A stretch of 63,700 nucleotides of DNA, the filler included, from Acetivibrio sp. (GTDB lineage Bacteria > Bacillota > Clostridia > Acetivibrionales > Acetivibrionaceae): the NCBI RefSeq assembly GCF_035371925.1. It is 3 parts of 3 records of this genome, joined end to end, with 100 filler letters (N's around TTAATTAATTAA, not from the genome) between each part and the next. Parts side by side here need not be neighbours in the genome. Positions count along the whole stretch, not along the records: positions 49,121 to 63,700 come from NZ_DAORXT010000071.1; 2 more parts are not named here. One strand, 5' to 3'. A program made the position numbers and the translations under genes. Below the pieces are notes generated by a model. The model saw only the letters and a list, made by a program, of their open reading frames with translations. It was not told where the DNA came from and did not search any database. Positions 60,280 through 63,700 of this stretch are shown here, piece by piece. Each line of letters begins with the position of its first letter. Within the stretch, counting starts at the first letter, position 1.

Positions 60280-61149
60280 TTACCATATATTTCCAAGATA
60301 AACATACTCCAAATATTTCTGTGCCTCTTCCTGCGCCCTGTACAAAGTCTCCTTCGGCGTCGGAGGAATGCTTTGCATCTTGTAATTCGGAAAGAACCTT
60401 GAAAGATGCAAAGGTATATTCCTTGATAAGGATGAAAGCCACTTTGCAATCTCGGAAATTTCCTTCAAATCATCATTCAATGTGGGAATAACAAGGGTAG
60501 TTACTTCCACATGACATTTTTCGACTGCGATTTTAACAGTCTCCTTCACATTCTCCAGCGCTCCCCCGCATATGTCTTTGTAGAAGGAGGATGTATATGC
60601 TTTTACATCAATATTCATAGCATCAATATAGGGAAGCAGCATCAAAAGAGCTTCCTTGCCGATAAAACCGTTGGTCACCAAAACATTGGAAAGCCCTTCT
60701 TTCTTGGCAAGTACCGAAGTGTCATACACAAACTCATACCATACGGAAGGTTCATTATATGTATATGCAATCCCTATATTACCTTGAGGCATAAGCTCTT
60801 TTGCCTTATTGACAATATACTCAGAAGTTACATCATAAAGCTCGGGCTCATCATGGGCAATCTCCCAATTTTGGCAAAAAGAACATTTAAGATTGCAGCC
60901 AAAAGTACCTATTGACAGTATCCTAGAGCCGCTCTTAAACCTGTACAAGGGCTTCTTTTCTATAGGATCCAATGCAATGGAAGAAATTTTTCCGTAATTT
61001 AAAGAATACAAATTTCCGTCGATATTTTTCCGCGCCCTGCACACTCCCAAGCTTCCGGGCTTTATTGTGCAATTATGGGGACAAAGATGGCAATGTACTT
61101 TCAAATCCTCACTTTTATTGTAAAACATCGCCGGCTTTGCTGCTTCCAT
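60280..61149 (-). CDS. AmmeMemoRadiSam system radical SAM enzyme
   Basis: CHLCPHNC, DPIEKKPLY, GCNLKCSFCQN, YTYNEP and HLSRFFP motifs. Confidence 0.92.
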   Translation of the reverse strand: MEAAKPAMFYNKSEDLKVHCHLCPHNCTIKPGSLGVCRARKNIDGNLYSLNYGKISSIALDPIEKKPLYRFKSGSRILSIGTFGCNLKCSFCQNWEIAHDEPELYDVTSEYIVNKAKELMPQGNIGIAYTYNEPSVWYEFVYDTSVLAKKEGLSNVLVTNGFIGKEALLMLLPYIDAMNIDVKAYTSSFYKDICGGALENVKETVKIAVEKCHVEVTTLVIPTLNDDLKEISEIAKWLSSLSRNIPLHLSRFFPNYKMQSIPPTPKETLYRAQEEAQKYLEYVYLGNIW

Positions 61150-61160
61150 ACCATCACTCC

Positions 61161-62549
61161 TCATTTATGCCTTATTACCTCAAAGCGTTCCATTGTATAT
61201 TTCTCGTTTGGACTTATACCCGCCTTTTGAAGTGCAATTGACACCTGTTGCTCGGGAGTGTCAACATTCTCAAGGTTTGGAAGCAGAAGCCCCGTCCTTC
61301 TTCCGGCTCTAACAATCACCCCATACTTTACCGCATCCAGCTTGTCCATGGAATCGACAGCTTCAGGCTCCATCAATACGTCCACAGAGTATTCAAGCTC
61401 ATCCAATTCATAGGGCTTCACAGGATAAAATCTCGGATCGGAAGTACCCGCGCTTATTGCATTATGAATTATTTCCTTTGCTATATTTTCCCTTGTGGGC
61501 GCAATAGTACCTATACACCCTCTCAATTCACCCTTCTTCTTTATGGAAACGAAAGTTCCCGCCTTATCCTTTATCATTTCGCCGGGAAGACCGTCATAAT
61601 CGTCCAGAACCCTTCCTTCCTTTACATAAGCCTCCAAAGCTCTTCTGGCAAGGGAAACGTACGGATCAACACTCTTGCCTCTTCCCTTTATCCTTCTTTC
61701 AATTATCCTGCGAGAGGAATCTTCCCTACCGACTCCAATTCTTGCCACCATATATCCCACACCAAAAGGACCTTCATAAGAATAGACCTTCGGAGATACA
61801 CTATATCCATCCAAAGCCCCCAGCATTATTACAAAGGATCTTAATCCACACTCCGCAGCTTCATCCCGAAGTTTGTCATCTATATCAAGAATTGCGTCAA
61901 TATCGTCTTTTTCGATACTCTTAACAAAAAGCTCATCAAATTCCCCGGCGTGTTTGTTATATCCATAGGGCCCGTCACTAGTGAGCCGGTGCGCCAAATC
62001 TCCGCTTGCAACAAACACTACATCCTCATCGGAATTTCTTATAGCTTCACCTATACACATACCGAACCTGTAATGCTCTTCCAACGTAAGAGTGGACATG
62101 GCAATATGAACAAGCTTAAAATCCGAATATACCCGGCTTATATAATAAAGAGGCACCATTGCCCCATGGTCCAGTTCTCCGGATATGCCGTACTTTTTGC
62201 CTATACCTTCGTCAATTCCTCCTGCATCAAAACCTTCCTTCTTTGCAAACTCAACAATTGATTCTGCCATTTTTAAATTATTCTCAAAACCTAAGTTTAC
62301 CTGACGAGCTCCAAACCTTCCAAAGTCTCCCTTTAGTGTTTTAAAGTCATTGATAAAAATATAGTCTTCAAACAAGGGAGCGTGGGAGGTTGTAAGAATA
62401 ATAGTTGAAGGCTTCTCTTTTCTTATTTCTTCAGCTGCTTTTTCACAAGCCCTTAAAGTATTAGCGGCACCCTTCTCATCGCCCTTGCCAATCTCAGGCA
62501 CAATCAAAGGAGGATGAGGAAAAATATAAGAACTTATTATTTTTCCCAT
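61161..62549 (-). CDS. AmmeMemoRadiSam protein: LigB/MEMO-like domain fused to an AMMECR1 domain
   Basis: PHPP, DHGAMVP, ASGDLAH and YEGPFGVGY motifs; GTFVS..GELRGCIGT and LLLPNLE AMMECR1 motifs. Confidence 0.9.
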   Translation of the reverse strand: MGKIISSYIFPHPPLIVPEIGKGDEKGAANTLRACEKAAEEIRKEKPSTIILTTSHAPLFEDYIFINDFKTLKGDFGRFGARQVNLGFENNLKMAESIVEFAKKEGFDAGGIDEGIGKKYGISGELDHGAMVPLYYISRVYSDFKLVHIAMSTLTLEEHYRFGMCIGEAIRNSDEDVVFVASGDLAHRLTSDGPYGYNKHAGEFDELFVKSIEKDDIDAILDIDDKLRDEAAECGLRSFVIMLGALDGYSVSPKVYSYEGPFGVGYMVARIGVGREDSSRRIIERRIKGRGKSVDPYVSLARRALEAYVKEGRVLDDYDGLPGEMIKDKAGTFVSIKKKGELRGCIGTIAPTRENIAKEIIHNAISAGTSDPRFYPVKPYELDELEYSVDVLMEPEAVDSMDKLDAVKYGVIVRAGRRTGLLLPNLENVDTPEQQVSIALQKAGISPNEKYTMERFEVIRHK

Positions 62550-62561
62550 AAAATGCAATCA

Positions 62562-62663
62562 CTACCTTCCTAAAAAAATAGATGCAGTCATAACACCTAC
62601 TGAAGTTAGAAAAAAGGTCAAAACCATAATAAATGCAATCACTCTGATAGTAGATTTTTTCAT
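62562..62663 (-). CDS. 33-aa single-TM peptide (Prli42/DUF4044-like), absent from the ORF track
   Basis: MKKSTIRVIAFIMVLTFFLTSVGVMTASIFLGR; AGGATGTG RBS; stop 12 bp before the next ATG. Confidence 0.7.
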   Translation of the reverse strand: MKKSTIRVIAFIMVLTFFLTSVGVMTASIFLGR

Positions 62664-62979
62664 ACTTTTTCACATCCTGTTCTATATAGTGTTTATTTAT
62701 AACAAACATTTATTCAATTTCCCGTGCTATAATTTTATAATATTTTCGCCTACAGTTAAATACCTTAATTTATTACAAAATTCATAATACATTATCAGGC
62801 AAGAAAAATTTTTGTCACATAATTTACAATTCCAGGATAAAACTGAGTTAATTTTTTTTAAAACTTTAGGAGGAATTTAATTTGATTTGTAGAATAAAAA
62901 TTTATATAAATCAAGTTATAAAACTCATCATTAATAAAACTAAGAAATAAAAAAAATAAAATAACATTTCACTTCTCAT

Positions 62980-63035
62980 AAAAACACTAGTATGGAACGA
63001 TTCTCCCCTGTTGCATAGTAGTGTTTTTCTTTTTT
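62980..63035. terminator. Terminator-like hairpin
   Basis: AAAAACACTAGTATG...CATAGTAGTGTTTTT followed by a T-run. Confidence 0.55.
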
Positions 63036-63246
63036 ATTTTCCTTAAAACAACCTTGTTTCGAAATATGTCGAAAAATTGCGAAATTTGAGATTAATTTAA
63101 TAAACGCGGCAACATTTACCTCAAAGCCGCTTATTTTTTAAAATATCAAATTGTACATTGTACATTGTTTGATTTCTCCGATATAATAAAATAGTACATT
63201 ATACTCCCCTTTATATTTGGTATAAGGAGATATAAATAGAGACTTA

Positions 63247-63336
63247 TGAAACAGGGCAAAATTACCGAAAGGTAATGACGCAAAGCCAAGGGTCTAAAGT
63301 GCCGTAAGCCGGTGCAATGACAGCCTGGCTGCCATT
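63247..63336 (+). ncRNA. c-di-GMP-I (GEMM) riboswitch
   Basis: GGGCAAA-ATTACC-GAAA-GGTAAT-GACGCAAAGCC..GGTCTAA..GACAGCCTGGCTGCC; GNRA loop/receptor architecture. Confidence 0.9.
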
Positions 63337-63438
63337 AAAAGTTCTGTTTATACTCTTCCAAATTAATATAAAGAGGAAATAGGTCCTAAATATTTCCTTA
63401 TACCATTTTGTTTTATAAGTATAATGTTTTCAAGTCTT

Positions 63439-63663
63439 TTAATGATTATCTTTTTCCGTTTTTCCTTCAACATAATCGTGAATTATTTTCGAAATATTGG
63501 CTATTGCTTTATTGGCTGATTGCTCGTTTTTTACATTCTTCGTCATAACAACAACAATATAAGGTTTCTCGGCATAAACGATTCCCACATCATGCACAAC
63601 CCCAACATAGTTTCCGGTCTTGTGGGCAACTTTTATGTTCTTTGGAAGCGGTAAGTTGTAAAA
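63439..63663 (-). pseudogene. 3' fragment of a class A beta-lactamase-like serine hydrolase
   Basis: KVAHKTG..HDVGIVYAEKPYIVVVMT; in-frame TAA at 63664-63666 and no start codon before the motif. Confidence 0.7.
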
Positions 63664-63700
63664 TTAATTGCCCAAACATGATAAAAAAGAAGTGACTCAA

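Noticed and set aside
1352..62344. Numerous antisense or nested ORFs in the track (e.g. 3945-4484, 11942-12448, 55134-55601, 59303-59851)
   Set aside because: Shadow frames of well-supported genes, with no recognisable motifs or RBS.
62494..62709. 71-aa minus-strand ORF in the track
   Set aside because: Overlaps the better-supported 33-aa TM peptide and the next gene's start in another frame.

Overview
Draft-assembly window from a cellulosome-producing, spore-forming clostridium of the Acetivibrio (Hungateiclostridium) thermocellus group (inferred from the type I dockerin, a sigI-type promoter and the 37-bp CRISPR repeat). Two artificial N-TTAATTAATTAA-N linkers (24530-24629, 49021-49120) split it into three segments whose adjacency is unproven. 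Most genes are housekeeping, sporulation or envelope genes: alaS, recD2, dacB-like, fapA, SASP, a CadC/CadA-type metal module, a dockerin-CBM35-PL11 lyase, rtcB, a MoxR/DUF58/transglutaminase-like operon, glmS, glmM, cdaA-cdaR and an AmmeMemoRadiSam pair. The strongest signals lie outside the ORF track. (1) The end of a CRISPR array and its leader at the left edge, plus a second full-length leader at 38943-39192 carrying a single degenerate repeat followed by foreign-looking DNA and an 84-aa gene. (2) Two nested Tn7-like transposon ends, the outer one 24 bp past the glmS stop codon, with no tns genes in view. (3) A glmS ribozyme with an extra hairpin in its core. (4) A c-di-GMP-I riboswitch with no visible downstream gene. 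(5) A signal peptide scrambled by two compensating indels. (6) An unannotated 33-aa membrane peptide heading the AmmeMemoRadiSam-cdaA run. No cas genes are present. Family assignments come from motif recognition, not database searches.
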